DNA of 64,000 bases from Eledone cirrhosa (lineage: Eukaryota). Within the stretch, counting starts at the first letter, position 1, and the number at the start of each line of letters is the position of its first letter. The stretch spans positions 33,294,001 through 33,358,000 of the forward strand of contig OZ024757.1 in NCBI GenBank assembly GCA_964016885.1. The letters are read 5' to 3'. This document shows, piece after piece, positions 1-13,569 of the stretch. The translations under genes and the position numbers were made by a program. Below the pieces are notes generated by a model. That model saw only the letters and a list, made by a program, of their open reading frames with translations. It was not told the DNA's origin and did no database searches.

Positions 1-949
1 ATCTATTCCACTTTACCAAATTATTTATAGTATTTGTTTCGTTGTTGTTGCTTTGTTTGTTTCTTACCTAAAATATGTATTTATTTTTTTCAGTGCCGTT
101 ATGTTTCTCTAGTTTATATATATTATACTCTTTTTTTCTCCCTCGTATCTTTTGTATAAGATCACACTAAAGAATGAAGTCTTCCACGTGGTCTCGGCTG
201 CTAGAAATAGTAAAATATCTCTCAAATCTTTAAAGTAGGAAGGCTGCGTTGGATAATGTAATCCTGGATGTTGTTATGTATATAATAGAAGGCTGGTTGA
301 TCACGGTTGGAGCACCTTTGTTCATTAAATCTGTTGGATCAGGGCTGACTAGGTGTTAAACAACACAACTCGAACAGTAACAAAAATAGAACAACAACGG
401 TGTAAATCATGAAACAATACACTACCTTCCCATTCTGGTTTTTCATTATTTATTATGTGGAGGTGGATTAGCAGTATTTGTTCTGGGTTTTTACTTTCTG
501 AGTTCAAATCCCGCCGAGGTTAACTTTGCTTTTCATCCTTACGGGGTCGAAAAATAAAGTACCAGTAACGGTTAAAGACAAAAGTCTGTCTCGAGACCAG
601 AGGCTACACGGGCCGGTGCTTATCCCGGTTTCTGTAGCGTGAAGCTACTGAGAGTACAAAACCCACCTCCTGTATAGGACACCAGTTCATCGCAGAGTTA
701 ACCCCCCCCCCCCAGCTATTGATGGTACTCAATCTCAGCTGAGTATACTAAAGCAACGTGAAATAAAGTGTTTTGTTTAAGAACACAACACAACCTAGTC
801 CAGGAATTTATGATCGTAAGTCCAACACCCTTACCACTAGGCCACGCTACTGGGGGGTCGATTTAATCGACTTCCCATCTCCGAAAATTGTTGGCCTTGT
901 GCCTAAATCAGAAACCATTATTATTATTATTGATGGTTTGCACAGTAAA

Positions 950-1545
950 TATACTTACTGGATCTTCTATTGTCTGTCAGGTTCCAACGTGGACCTTAGA
1001 CAGATTACTTTCCTGAGTATATATGCAGTGCCCAGTGGGACAGTCTTTTGTAGGCGAGCAATTCGTGATTCGGTGTCTATTTGCTTAAGATACCCTCTCG
1101 GTTATATTGGTATCGAACCCAAAGCTCTGATGACAACTGGAATTATCCTTGAAGTGGAGAGGGATGTTCTGACTTGTGTGTTTTCACGAAAGGTGGGCGA
1201 GAGCGGCAAGATTTACGAAGCTGAATTGGGGCCTACACTGACTATACTTTTCTAAGATAAGAGAAAAAACAAACGAGAAGAGGGCCCGTTCTATGCCTTT
1301 GGTCATACAGAGCGATCTGTGACTTCTATTAGGGATTTTCGCCCCGAATTACCTTCGGTGGATTTTCCCTTCCCTAATTGGGAAGGTTTCTTGTTGGAAA
1401 TTTATTGTTATATTTAATGTTTTTGTTGATTTTTTAACCTTTTTTTTTTGCTTGATGTAAACCACATTTTGTATTATAATTCGTTCTTGTATTGTCCGCA
1501 ACGTCTTGGACCCTTGTGGGCAATAAAATAAATCATTATTATTAT
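950..1545 (+). mobile_element. Degenerate L1/Tx1-like LINE 3' end
   Basis: Frameshifted VERDVL...ERWARAARF...LN-GPTL C-terminus, T-rich UTR, AATAAA and (ATT)n tail. Confidence 0.45.
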
Positions 1546-1729
1546 GATATTGCTAAAAAAAAAAACAATATTATGATGTGAGGTTATTTAGTTTCGTTAA
1601 ATGCCACTTAACTCTTACGTCTTCGGAACGATCATTCGTTTTAATATCAGAGACAATAGTCGGCCACGATCGGCAATACATCCAAGCTCTTTAATGAAAT
1701 TTTCATCTATTTTCTTTGATATTAAATCA

Positions 1730-1950
1730 TTCTACCGTATTCTTCCGTGTAAACCGCGCAGTTATTTTTTTTTCTTCACGTTTTTCATTGTTTGTTTTTG
1801 GGGTGCGTATTATACACCTAAGCTTGGTTTTTCTAGGCATTTTTCTGGTCAAAAGAGGGTTCGTATTATACACGAATGCGCGCAATACACTGAAGAATGC
1901 GGTATTTTAATAATCCTTTTTTATATTAAATTTTATATGAGAAGGTGAGA
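1730..1950 (+). promoter_or_regulatory. Candidate promoter/first exon of the SMAP gene
   Basis: Local CpG enrichment, NRF1-like TGCGCGCA near 1877, AAG|gtgaga donor at 1944; a second donor (gtaagg) at 2722. Confidence 0.3.
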
Positions 1951-3673
1951 TTTGTTTTTCTTAAGGTTGTCATGTTTTGAAAGAATTTGACTATCAAAAC
2001 CATTGGGAATTCTTCTTTTTAGCTTCAAAGCGAGACGGGTGTAATAGTAAAAAAAATTACCAATAATAATTTTTTTTTTCATAATATATAATTGGTTCTT
2101 TATCGTTATATACAGAAAACAAATGAGTCAACGTTCACTTTCTTTTTTCCGCATTTCATTCCATTTACGATTGTGGCCGACTGTTGTCATCTTCCACTCA
2201 CGAAAATTACCGGAAATGTTTGATCTTAAAACGAAAGATTAACCCTTCGGGGCTAATGTGGTGGTGGTGACAAAAGCTGTTAGATATATTCCTCGAATCA
2301 TAACAACAACAATAAAAGGAAGACATCAGATAATGTAATCCTTGAAGCACCATGTCTGCATTTGAAATAAAAAATAATCGGGATAGTCACAAATGGAACG
2401 TCTTTTCATCATAAGGGCTGCACAAGATAGGGCCAACTTGGTGGCTTAAACACAAAACTAACCCACATTCTTAATTTTGTCTTCACTCTAAGGATTCCTT
2501 TCGAGATAATTTTCATACCGAACGCCATCTAACCTCAATTCTTCGCGATGGTCACAAATGGAACGTCTTTGATAACGTCTGTTCTATCGAGATCGGCTAA
2601 TATGTCCTTAGTTTTATCTACACTCTAAAATAAAAAAGTTCTTTTTTGAGAGAATGTTCTCGTTCCAAGCCATTTAACCTCAGTCTTCTCCTTGTGCTGC
2701 ACTGAATAAAACGATACAGAAAGTAAGGAGAGACGGCGGCTGCACAAACATATGTACACACATATATATATATACTCACACACTCACAGGCACGTATAAT
2801 ACACACCGACAGCAGCTGCACACACGAACGCTCGCGCGCACATACTCATACACACACGTACATATATACACATCCACCCACACATATGCAATGCTACTGA
2901 TAACTCCTCTCTAACTCAATACTACTGGTAACTTCCATCACTCTCTCTTTATCACCATCTTGTTTTCTCTCTGGTAGTAGTGAAGGTACAATAGTTATGA
3001 TGATGATGATAGTAGTGATGGTATTGGTGATGATGTGTCAGTGGTACTAAGATGTTGATAGTAGTAGTAGTGGTACAGTAGTCGTAATAATGATGGTAGT
3101 ATTAGTAGTAGTGGTGGTGGTGGGGATAAATTATGAGTCGATCTGTTCTGAAGAAAATCGATTGTGACAGTTCTATCGTTGTTTGTTGTAACTTTAGAAC
3201 CTACCTTCACCACCACCACCTATAGAACCCACCTACTCTACCACCACCTCTGTAGAACCCACCTACACTACCACCACCTTTCTATAGAACCCACCTACAC
3301 TACCATCACCTCTATATAGAACTCACATCACCACCACCTTTCTAAAGATCCTATCTATACCACTCCACCACTTCTATAGAATCATCATTTTACATCCATT
3401 TTTCCTGTGCTGGCATGGGTTAGACAGGTTGTAATAGATCAAATACGCAATTAAATAAGATGCTCAATATATTAGTAGAGAATAAACATATTTGGACATT
3501 CTTGGTGGTTTCATATGAATGAAACAGCTCTAGGCCTGTAGAAGTCATTTCTATGTAATATATATACACAGGGTGTCCCAAAAAATGTACACACACTTCA
3601 ACAGCATTCTAATAAATATTGCCTGTACAGATAATCAGTGTGTATATATTGGTGATGATGCATATATATATGT

Positions 3674-3862
3674 ATATGAAAAGAGTCAGGACCCCGAGGG
3701 CTGAGCTCCGGCTGTTTCGGCAGCTGGATCTAACTGTCATAAGGCCTGAGCTCAGCCATCGGGGTCCTGACTCTTTTCATATTACCCACACTACTACCCT
3801 AAGTATTGAGTACTCTGGTGTGTTATGGTCCACCTGGTATCTTACCATACTCTCTTTGTTAT
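3674..3862. mobile_element. Foldback HHR-like element, family B
   Basis: Palindrome 3674-3782 (atgaaaagagtcaggaccccga...tcggggtcctgactcttttcat) plus a tail homologous to the reverse complement of 61845-61925. Confidence 0.6.
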
Positions 3863-6399
3863 CATCTCTATGCATCATCATCAAATTCATCATTTTTGCA
3901 TCAGCTTTTCTATGCTGGCATAGATCAGTCAGGACTTTTTGAAGCAATGTTTGGCAATTGGATGCCCTTTCTGACACCAACTATTTTAGTTGCTTCTTAA
4001 GACATGCAGGGATACAGTGTACCTATTCTAAACTGGATACACATGGCCAATGTTTGATAATAATAATGTTTCTACTTTTGGCACAAGGCCAGCAATTGTC
4101 CCAGTGCATTATTGGTACTTTATTTTATCGAGCCCGTAAGGCCCACTTTTTCCTGAGAGGGTCATAGAGGCTGAGTTCTCAAACACTCTTTCCTGCGTAT
4201 CCTGTCAGAAGCAACTGTCTCCAATTGATCTGGCTGGATCCCCAAGCAAGACTAGCCGAGCTCATGGATGTTATCCAACCAGCTTGCTTAGAGTCTCCTG
4301 CCGGTTGGTTTTGCCAGTGAAATCTGCTCATAATATCAGAACTGTGATCTCTCAATTTGGAGAAGTAGTAGCTCTACCTTGAGTGACCCTCTGATCTCCG
4401 AGCACACACTCTATCAAGTAACTTTACTCCAAAGACACTTCGGAGGAATCCCATTTTGGTTGCTTGTATTCACAATCGTATTCTTTTGGTCATTACCCAA
4501 AATTCATGACCATGTTGGAAAATATTTATTTAAATGGGAACCCTTTAAAATGGGTGGTTTTGTTTCAGAGAACCAGAGCTGGTTTTAGTCAGGTTGGTAT
4601 CAAAGGGATAAATGAAGAACTTTGTGGGATTTACCAGAATTGTTATTTCATTACAAATGCAAGGGTTCTTATATAAAATTATGTTGGAAGATCTGTATTT
4701 AAATAGGAACCCTTTAAAATAGGTGGTTTGTTTCTTAGAACCAGAGCCAGGTTTTGGCCGAGTTGGTACCAAAAGGATTAAATAGGAGGGGAAAAAAATA
4801 CATATATATAGTAATAATAATAAATGTGAAGACTAAAATCAGAAGAGGGCTTGATAAGGATTATATATATAAAAACCAAGATATTTATTTAAATTGGAAC
4901 ACTTTAAAATGAGTGGTTTTGTTTCATAAAACCAGACCCAGTTTTGGCTAGGCTGGTATCATAAGAGTTAATGGTGAGCTCTGTTACAATTTATTGTTCC
5001 CCAATATAGCAATCATGTCTGCCAACAATTTGTCTTGAACAGATCGCTTTGTTTATTGATAACAATCAGGTTTTCATTATCACATTGTTAACAATCAGGT
5101 CTTGATGGTCAAATTGTTGATAGCAATCAGGTCCTCATCACACAGTGTTGATAATAATTAGGTAGATATAACAATGTGGTGTAGTGTAGTAGGAGTGTGT
5201 GATGTGGTGTGGTGTAGTGCAGTGCAGTGTGGTCATGTGTTGTGAAGTGGTACAGTGTTGTGTGGTGTGGTGTCTATACACACACTATAGCAGTGGTGTA
5301 GTGCAGAGTTGTTGTAGTGTTGTGTGGTATATATACATCTATAGCAGCAGTATAATGTAGTATGGTGTGTTACAGTGTTATAGGATATATACACAATATA
5401 ACAGTGGTGTGATGTGGTGCATATCTACTATAGCAGTAATGTATATCACACAACAACCTAAGATATAAAACAGATTGTTCCTTGACATAGTTATTGATCA
5501 ACCAGGAACTTGATCACTTGTCTCCCTGCTATGGAAATATGAGATAACACACACCCACACATTCGTGCAGACACAGGCATACACCCATTCATTCATACAC
5601 AGTCACATATGCATGCATCCACACATTCATGCACAGACACATAGCATAGGCTTGCACAGGCACATGTGCACTCACCTAAAGATAGTCACACATTCTCTAC
5701 ATGCATAAAACGCAGACTCATATACACCTTCTACACACACACACAATCTAAAAACACACTAAAAATAAGATCAAGAACAAGTGCTGTTGGTTGCTATACA
5801 AGTTTGCTAGGTGTGGCCTTTGATGTGAAGTGACATGAACGCATGATGAATGCCTGTATAATAACCACTCAAATGCCTATTTGGAAACCTGAGTGGGTTT
5901 TTTTTTTTTAATGGAAAAACTCTCATGTATCTGTTTGGGAAATTGAGTTCCTGTGTAAACCTCCTAAAAGTTAGATGATCAGAGAATGTTGACTCCATTT
6001 ATCTGAAGTTTGTGAAAGACATCTTAAAGAGGAAATTTCAAAACTGGTCCTGTAAGATTCCCAGCATGGAGTGGGAGGGTGTGGTGGACATACATTGACA
6101 ACCTTAAGCAGGGATGTATGGTCCCATAACTCCTGATAGTCATAGGGGCGCCTTAGTGGCATGCAGCGTTTTGGGGGCATTTTAAGCTTGGCAGATCCCA
6201 TCCTTTTTTAGGCCTGAGTAAAGCAGAGAGGAAGAATCAACCCCAGTACTAGACTGGTACTTTTTCTATTGACCTCGAAAGGATGAAAGGCAAAGTTGAC
6301 CTTGGCGGGATTTGAACTCAGAGAGCAGAGAGCTGGAATGAATACCATGAAGCATTCTATCTGATGTTCTAACGACTCTGCCAATTCACTATCTTGGGA

Positions 6400-6760
6400 A
6401 AGCAGAGATACTAGTCTGGAATCTAGGCAGGAACTGAAGATAGACAGAGCAATGTGGTGGACATCGTGTTAATTACTTTGACAACCTGAAGTAAGGATAC
6501 TGGTCTGGAATCTGTCCTGGTACTGAAGAGGGAATAGATAGAGAAGTGTGGTGGACACTATGTCAAATACTTTGACAACCTGAAGTAAGGACATTGGTCT
6601 GGAATCTATTCAGGTACTGAAGATGAACAGAGTAATATGGTGGACATCAAGTCATATATATTGTCAACCTGAAGTAGGGATATTGGGCTGGAATCTATCC
6701 TGGTACTGAATATGACAATGATGGACAAAGAAGTATAATGGATGATATTGAAAACCTGAG
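6400..6760. repeat. ~90-bp minisatellite, about 4 units
   Basis: Recurrent gtctggaatct..ggtactgaaga and acaacctgaagtaagga. Confidence 0.75.
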
Positions 6761-6769
6761 AGAGAAAAT

Positions 6770-6985
6770 TTAACCCATTAGCATTTACATTACTCTATAT
6801 ATACTATTGTATTTTCGTGGTAAAGGCTTTATCTCACATAATATCTAATCTATGAGATTTTGATGTTATCTATTTTGAGAAAAATACCTTAACATCAGTA
6901 TGAGTGGCCAATTACAGCCGGTTTGAACAGAAGTTGGTGAGAGAATTCTGGCTGGATACGGCCGGTTTGAATGCTAAAGGGTTAA
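6770..6985. mobile_element. ~210-bp MITE with CCCTTTAGCATT TIRs and TTAA TSD (piggyBac type)
   Basis: ttaa-CCCATTAGCATT...AATGCTAAAGGG-ttaa; about 14 full or partial copies in the window. Confidence 0.8.
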
Positions 6986-7182
6986 CAAAACAAAACTATA
7001 AAATGTCATTATTTGGAGCTATAACTCCCATTACCATGTTTCTCATGAAATACACCGCTTACGTTGTTCATATAATTTTGAAAATTATGAAGAATTTGAA
7101 AGGATTTACTAACTTTCTCGTTATTAAGCAGGTGTTTTTGGAATATAAGGCATTTTAAGATTAAATTATATATATATGTGTG

Positions 7183-7338
7183 TATCCTGGGTTCAATCGG
7201 GGGTAACTTCAGTAAGTAAGGTACTCAATACATAGCAGAGTATAAATATTTAATATAGAAATGGCTTCTACAGGAGTAGAACTGTTTCGTTCAAAGGAAA
7301 CAGTTCTAGTCCTGTAGAAGCCATTTCTATATTAAATA

Positions 7339-7339
<1 letters not shown>
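7183..7339. mobile_element. Foldback HHR element, family A, second copy
   Basis: Palindrome 7246-7339 with the same arms as 11264-11403, plus tail; (TA)n flanks; degenerate third copy near 3500-3560. Confidence 0.65.
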
Positions 7340-7393
<54 letters not shown>

Positions 7394-7648
7394 TCTTGGG
7401 TTCCAAATAATAGGAAGGGGTGGAATAAGCGGGTGGGGGTTGGAAAATTGGTAATTTTTCTAGGTTGTCTCCATTGATTTAAAAAAAAAAAAACAGAATT
7501 AGTCATTTAGTTTACATATTGAGACCCCAACCCATCCTATTTATTTTATACCCTATGGGATTTCTAGTAACGTACCTTTTTTTTTTTTGTCCTATATAAT
7601 GTTTTTTAATGTATAAAGAAAATCAATTGTTGCGGGGGATGGTACCAC

Positions 7649-7859
7649 TTAACCCTTTAGTATTTAAACCAGCCATATCCGGCCAGAATTGCCTCACCTT
7701 TTTCTATTCAAACTGTCCATAACTGGCTGCTCATACTGATAAGGTATTGTTCTCAAAATAAATATCAAAATCTCATAGATTCAATATTATGTGAGATAAA
7801 GCCTTTAATCATGAAAATACAAAAGTATATATAGAGTTATTCAAATCTTAAAAGGTTAA
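7649..7859. mobile_element. TTAA MITE copy, nested in an older DNA element (~7391-7930)
   Basis: TIRs, TTAA and internal homology to 6770-6985. Confidence 0.75.
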
Positions 7860-9033
7860 AATAAAATTGCACCAGAGAAAGATTAGCAAAATTTAATGGG
7901 GGAGGGGTGTTATCTGAGACCTGAGAGTCAATATTTAGATAAATATAAACATTTTCAAATATACATCTTGTATCAAAGAACTAGGGATGGTTTCAGGTGG
8001 TTTGGTATCAAATGCCTTATCTCTTTTGATATCAAGCTGCTATATCATCATCATCATCGTTTAACGCCTATTTTCCATGCTTGCATATGTTAGACAGATT
8101 GTTATGAGACAAGTCAGGTCCAGAGACCATGTTATGCTCAAACGGATCTGTATTTTGGTTTGTTTTCTACGGCTGGATGCCCTTCCTAACACCAACCACC
8201 TTACAGAGTAAACTAGGTGCTTTTTGTTGTCACCAACATGACCACTTTACAGTGTGGACTGGGTGCCCTTTGTCTTATCACAATCACCTTACAGTGTCTA
8301 CTGGGCGCTTTTCTTATGTCACCATGACGATCACCTTGCAGGATGGACTGGATGCTTTTGCCATATTTGTTATATAACTAGTATTTAGGTCATAACTGGG
8401 ATTTAGGACACAACTAGTGTTTAGATCATAACTAGGGTTTACAACACAACTGTAGTGTTTAAGTCATAACTGGGATTTAGGACACAACTGTAATATATAC
8501 TTGATTATAAGCTGATACGACTATAAGTAATCCCCACTATTTCATGTCTGAGAAATGGGCAAAAATCCAAGCCTTATTTCCGTAGGATTTGAAGTTAGTG
8601 AAAATCGTCAAAATATTGACTCCGAATATAAGCCAACACCCTTTCAACCATCATTTTTTTTTTTATGTTACATATTCCTTGGCTAATATTTAAGTATATA
8701 TGGTGGGTCATAATTGGTGTTGGGAGTCATGTATGTTACATAACTGTGGTGTTTTAATGTCATAACTGTTTAGCATTTAGTTCCAATATTAGCATTGTTT
8801 GCTTTGTTTTTTTTTCTCCTTTGTTTTGGTTTCTCCCCAATCTATATCTCATTACACCTTGTGCACTTGCTGCACCGTTTCCATAGAGATCAGTTGTCGA
8901 CCTTCCCACTGCTATTCAGCAGCTAAATTGCCATGCTGTCTTCCTTCAGTTTGCTTGCCAAAAGATCTTGTAATGAAGAGCTGGAATTTGATTATGGTTT
9001 TTGTCTCTTTTGTATGTTTGTTTAATCCAACAG

Positions 9034-9085
9034 TTCGGTAATTTAGCTGCTGAATAATAATAAGAAGAGTGAGAAAGAAGATATG
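9034..9085 (+). other. Candidate upstream SMAP exon, 5'UTR ending in the ATG (ATG|gtgttg)
   Basis: tttaatccaacag acceptor; ATG at 9083-9085 would splice in phase 0 to give MESPNDW; the donor is weak. Confidence 0.35.
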
Positions 9086-10969
9086 GTGTTGTGTGGGGGC
9101 AGAATACTGTATTCTACACAGTCTGGGTTTACTTGGGAAGGAAGACATTACAGTATGTCAGAGCAGAACGCTCACCACCATCATCACCTTCATTTAACAA
9201 CCTTTTCCCTTGCCAGCAAAAGTTGGATGGTGGGTCTTTACTGACCATGTCAGTGCTCATGCAGAGCTACTGAACTATTAGATAAAATGGTGGAAACCTG
9301 TATCATGCTTACTTACATTCTTGCACTCTATTGCGTGTTCTGGCAGCCCAGTGGCCTGCATCTCATTTACAAAAGATTCCCATGCTCTACCAGGTACATT
9401 TTAACAATCATGGCACTAGCATTAGGGTGGTTGATATGTCTTTGACAAGACTGAAAGGTCCTCTTGTCCCTTTGTTTGGCAGATTTACTATGACTGGATC
9501 CCTTTATCACCAACCATTTTACAGTGTTCTGGGTGTGTTTATTGTGTAGATCACCAATACTAGGGAGTTTGCTATGTATTTGACAAGACTGAAGGGTTCT
9601 CCTGTTCCTTTGTTTGGCAGCTTTTCTACAGCTGAATGCCCTTCTTATCACCAACCACTTTACAGGGTGTTCTGGGTGTATTTATTGTGTCGATCACCAA
9701 GACTAAGGAGGTTGTCATGTCTTTGACACAGCTGAAGGGTCCTGTTCCTTTTGTTGACAGGTTTTCTATAACTCTATGCCCTTCTTATCGCCAACCACTT
9801 TACAGAGTGTACAGGGTGTATTTATCGTGTAGATCACCAACACGTATTATACAATGCTACATAGTCTGGGTTCAATGTAGCTGTTGGTAGAAATAGATAC
9901 CATCAGATTTAGCTTTCAATAGGAATCAAGAAAATCTAAGTTCATTATCTGTGATGGCTGATTGGTGCCCTAACCCAGGGTGTGGGCAGATTTTGGTGAT
10001 GTTGATGATGGTGAGTGAACACTGTAGTGCTGCTTGGTGATGACGGTGGTAGTGGTGGTTATGATGGTGATGGCAGTGCTGATGCAGGTGATGATAATGG
10101 CAGTGCTGTTTATGTTGATAATGGTGGTGCTGTTGATGGTGGTAATATTGTTGACTGTAGTGATGGTGTTGGTGACTAGTGATGATAATGGTGGTGCTGT
10201 TGATGTTGTTGTTGACTGTAGTGGTGGTGATGTAGTCAATGCTGTTGGTAGTAATTGTTAAAGAAAAGAACCGGAGATAAGTTCAGATAATGGTAGCAAT
10301 TTTCAGGAAGTGCAACTTGAAACAAATTATATTTCTGTATGATGTGTAATTAATTAAATTTCAACGATGAGTAAAATGGAGGGAGGGGTACATTTTTTTA
10401 AAAAATTCATGAAAAATAGCATTTTATCAAGAAATATTTTTTATTTATGTTTTAAATGTATTTTTTGTTTTAAATTATTTTTTTAATCTAAAAAAAAAAA
10501 TTGATTTTCAATGTTCTTAAAAAATTTGTTTCAACCCTGCTGATGTCAAACTACTTGAAACTGCTCCAGGTTTCATGGTACAAAGATATTTATATTTATC
10601 TAAAAACCTTCCATCATTTTTTTATGTAAGAACCTTTCTTTAAGTTATGTTCCAAACATCAGCTTAACGAGAAAGTTATAATACTAAATCCATTCAGATT
10701 TTTGATTATTTTCAAAATCATATAAAAAAGTAGTTTCTTTCATTAGAAATATGATAACAAAATGGTTATAGTATTTATATTTATCTAAAAACCTTCCATC
10801 TTAATTTTATGTAAGAACCTTTGTTAAATTATGTTTCAAACATCAATTTAGTAATGAGAAAGTTAGTTATATTACTAAAAGTGCATGTGAGTCTGCATTT
10901 TTTTGGTGTGTATGTATTTGTGCATATTATGTATATCTTCATATACTTCTTTTACATCATATGTTCATA

Positions 10970-11001
<32 letters not shown>

Positions 11002-11263
11002 GGGAGAGAGAGAGAGAACGTGTGGTGCTGAGGCTGAGGGGAGTACTCAATGCATAGGGAGATGCAGAATGAGTTAGAGATATGTAAAATCTCGACTGCG
11101 GTGCCAAGCAGTTTCAGCTTGAGTGTTCAGCAAGACTTTTCAAGGCTACACCTTTGAAATGGCTTGCTGAGCACACAAACAGACACTATTTGGTACTGCG
11201 GGCGGGATTTTATATATTTCTCTCTCTCTTTCTCTCTATCTATCTATCTATATATATATATAT

Positions 11264-11465
11264 AACAGATTTAATATAGAAATAGCTTCTACGGGACTAA
11301 AACTGTTTCATTTGAAGGAAATCATCAAGAAAGCTTTCCTGATGATTTCCTTCAAATGAAACAGTTCTATTCCTGTAGAAGCCATTTCTATATTAAATCT
11401 GTTGTATACATTCTACTAATATATTGAGTACCTTACTGTGGTTACCCTTGAATGAACCCAGGACT
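11264..11465. mobile_element. Foldback HHR element, family A (70-bp arms + unique tail)
   Basis: Palindrome 11264-11403 centred on AAG|CTT; tail homologous to the reverse complement of 7183-7245; between (TA)n tracts. Confidence 0.7.
11333..11382 (+). ncRNA. Type I hammerhead ribozyme motif, canonical core
   Basis: gctttc-CTGATGA-tttccttcaaat-GAAA-cag(ttctattc)ctg-TA-gaagc; GUA cleavage triplet; stem II is weak in this copy. Confidence 0.6.
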
Positions 11466-12735
11466 CATATATATATATATATTTATATATCTGTTGTTGG
11501 ACCTCAATTATTTCCAGCGAGTACTCCAGTTGTATGAACAACGAAACAGCCTGCTCATGGAAAACCAGTGTATAAGTAAGTGGCTGAGGATTCAACATGA
11601 CAAGACTGTCTCTTTGTATTACAGGTAAAACTCATATCTACCAACTGTGTGAACTGAAGTATAGTGTCTTGCCACAGGGCACAATGTGTTACCCGGTCTC
11701 GGAATTGAACTCACGACCTTACAATAATGAGCTGAACACCCTAACGACTGCGTCATTTGCCTTCATTAAATACCTGTAACTCATACATAAATCATATGTA
11801 TTTAGTACTTCTTACTAAAAATACTTAAAGTAGTTTGAAGGGGGAGTCGATATTTTACATCTGGCCTGAGTCTGTTACTAGCTTTGCATAACCCTACATT
11901 TCACATCCAGCCTGGGCTTATTACTAGCTCTACATATAACATCTAGTCTGAGCCTATTACCAGCTTAACGTTGACCTACATTTGACATCTGGTCTCTGTA
12001 AAGTAGTGGTGCTGGTGCCGTGACAAATTTCACCCAGTACATGGTGTTCAAATATTGTGCCAATAAGGACAGTAAATGAAACACACTGGGTTCCATACTT
12101 CTAAATTTAACCACCAATGGCTACCTACTGACCCATATATCTGTCTATCTACCTACCTACCTACATATCTGTCAGTCCATCTACCTGCTTGCCTACCTAC
12201 CTATCTACCCATCTTTCTATCTACCTGCCTGCCTACTTACCTATCTACCTACCTGCCTGCCTACTTACCTATCTACCTACCTGCCTGCCTACTTACTTAT
12301 CTACCCATCTTTCTATCTATCTAACTCATGTAATGGTGCATGGCCTAGTGGTTAGGGTGTCAGGCTCACAATCTTGAGGTTGTGGGTTTGATTCCCGCAC
12401 CGGATGGCATGATGTGTTCTTGAACAAACACTTCATTTCATGTTCCTATTTCATGATAGGACTGTGTCCCCTACCATTAAAACACTTGAGAAACCTCCTG
12501 AGATACAACCTTGTATGAGGCCAGCTAAACCTGCATGGGTGTGAGCTGTAAATTTAATTTCATTTCCACCTATCTATCTACCTGTCTCAACTCCTCACCC
12601 TTCTCTCTATAAAGAGTCGACCCTCCCTCTCTCTATAAAGACTATCACCCCTCCCTCCTCTATTTATATAAGCTGTCGCCCCTCCCTCCCTCTATAAAGA
12701 CTCACGGCCATTTTTCTATTTTCTCCTTTCCTTAG

Positions 12736-12825
12736 GAATCCCCTAATGACTGGGAATCTGCAAACTTTGCTGGCAATGAAGACCGCAAGGAAAAGTTCCT
12801 TCGTTTGATGGGAGCTTCTTCTCAG
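12736..12825 (+). CDS. C11orf58: Small acidic protein (SMAP/C11orf58 family), internal coding exon ESPNDWESANFAGNEDRKEKFLRLMGASSQ
   Basis: Polypyrimidine+TAG acceptor and CAG|gtaaat donor; 90 nt, phase 0/0; W-E-x-A...NE-RK-KFLRLMGA is the SMAP signature. Confidence 0.9.
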
Positions 12826-13440
12826 GTAAATACTGCTACTACTACTACTACTACCACCACCACCACTACTAGTACTATTAGTTTTGTCAACAATTTCTGT
12901 ACAGCTATAAGCTTGTTTGGGTGTTTCAGGTGGTTGATGAACAAAATAACTGTTTGTTATATTTGGTCCTGCCCTCCGTTTGAATTTTATCTTTGGACTT
13001 TTATTTGGATTTGGCTTTGTTGTTTTTGTTCTTGTCCGAAGATAGATACATTGGTAGATATACATAACTGTCAGACAGTCAGATAGAGGTACGTAGGTAA
13101 TAAATAGATTAAAGTAGGTGGTTAGAGAGTTAGGTAGGTAGATAGATATTTAGAAAGATAGGTAGATAGAAAGACAGATAGATAGTTAGCTAGCAGTATG
13201 TTTATATACGTATAGTCGTGCTGGTGACACGGAAAAATACCCAGTCCAACCTGTCAGTTGGTCGTTTTGGTGCCACGATAAAAAGCACCCAGTCCACACT
13301 GTAAATGTGGTTGGCGTTAGGAAGGGCATCCAGCTGTAGAAACCAGGCCAGAAACAGTTTTGTATGAGCAAGACATGGTTACCTGATCTGACTTGTCTCA
13401 CAACAGTGATGATGATGTAATGTGTGTATATGTGATTGTT

Positions 13441-13471
<31 letters not shown>

Positions 13472-13532
13472 GTGTATATACATATATATATATATACTTG
13501 ATTACATGAAAAAATTCTTTTTTTAATTTCAG

Positions 13533-13569
13533 AGAGACCACGAAAATCCAGGACACGAGAAGGGTCATG
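13533..13569 (+). CDS. C11orf58: SMAP/C11orf58 micro-exon RDHENPGHEKGH(E)
   Basis: ttttttaatttcag acceptor and G|gttcgt donor; 37 nt, phase 0/1, exactly bridges the frames of the flanking exons. Confidence 0.7.

Noticed and set aside
773-1255. 160-aa ORF as a host gene
   Set aside because: Chimera of SINE sequence and a frameshifted LINE remnant
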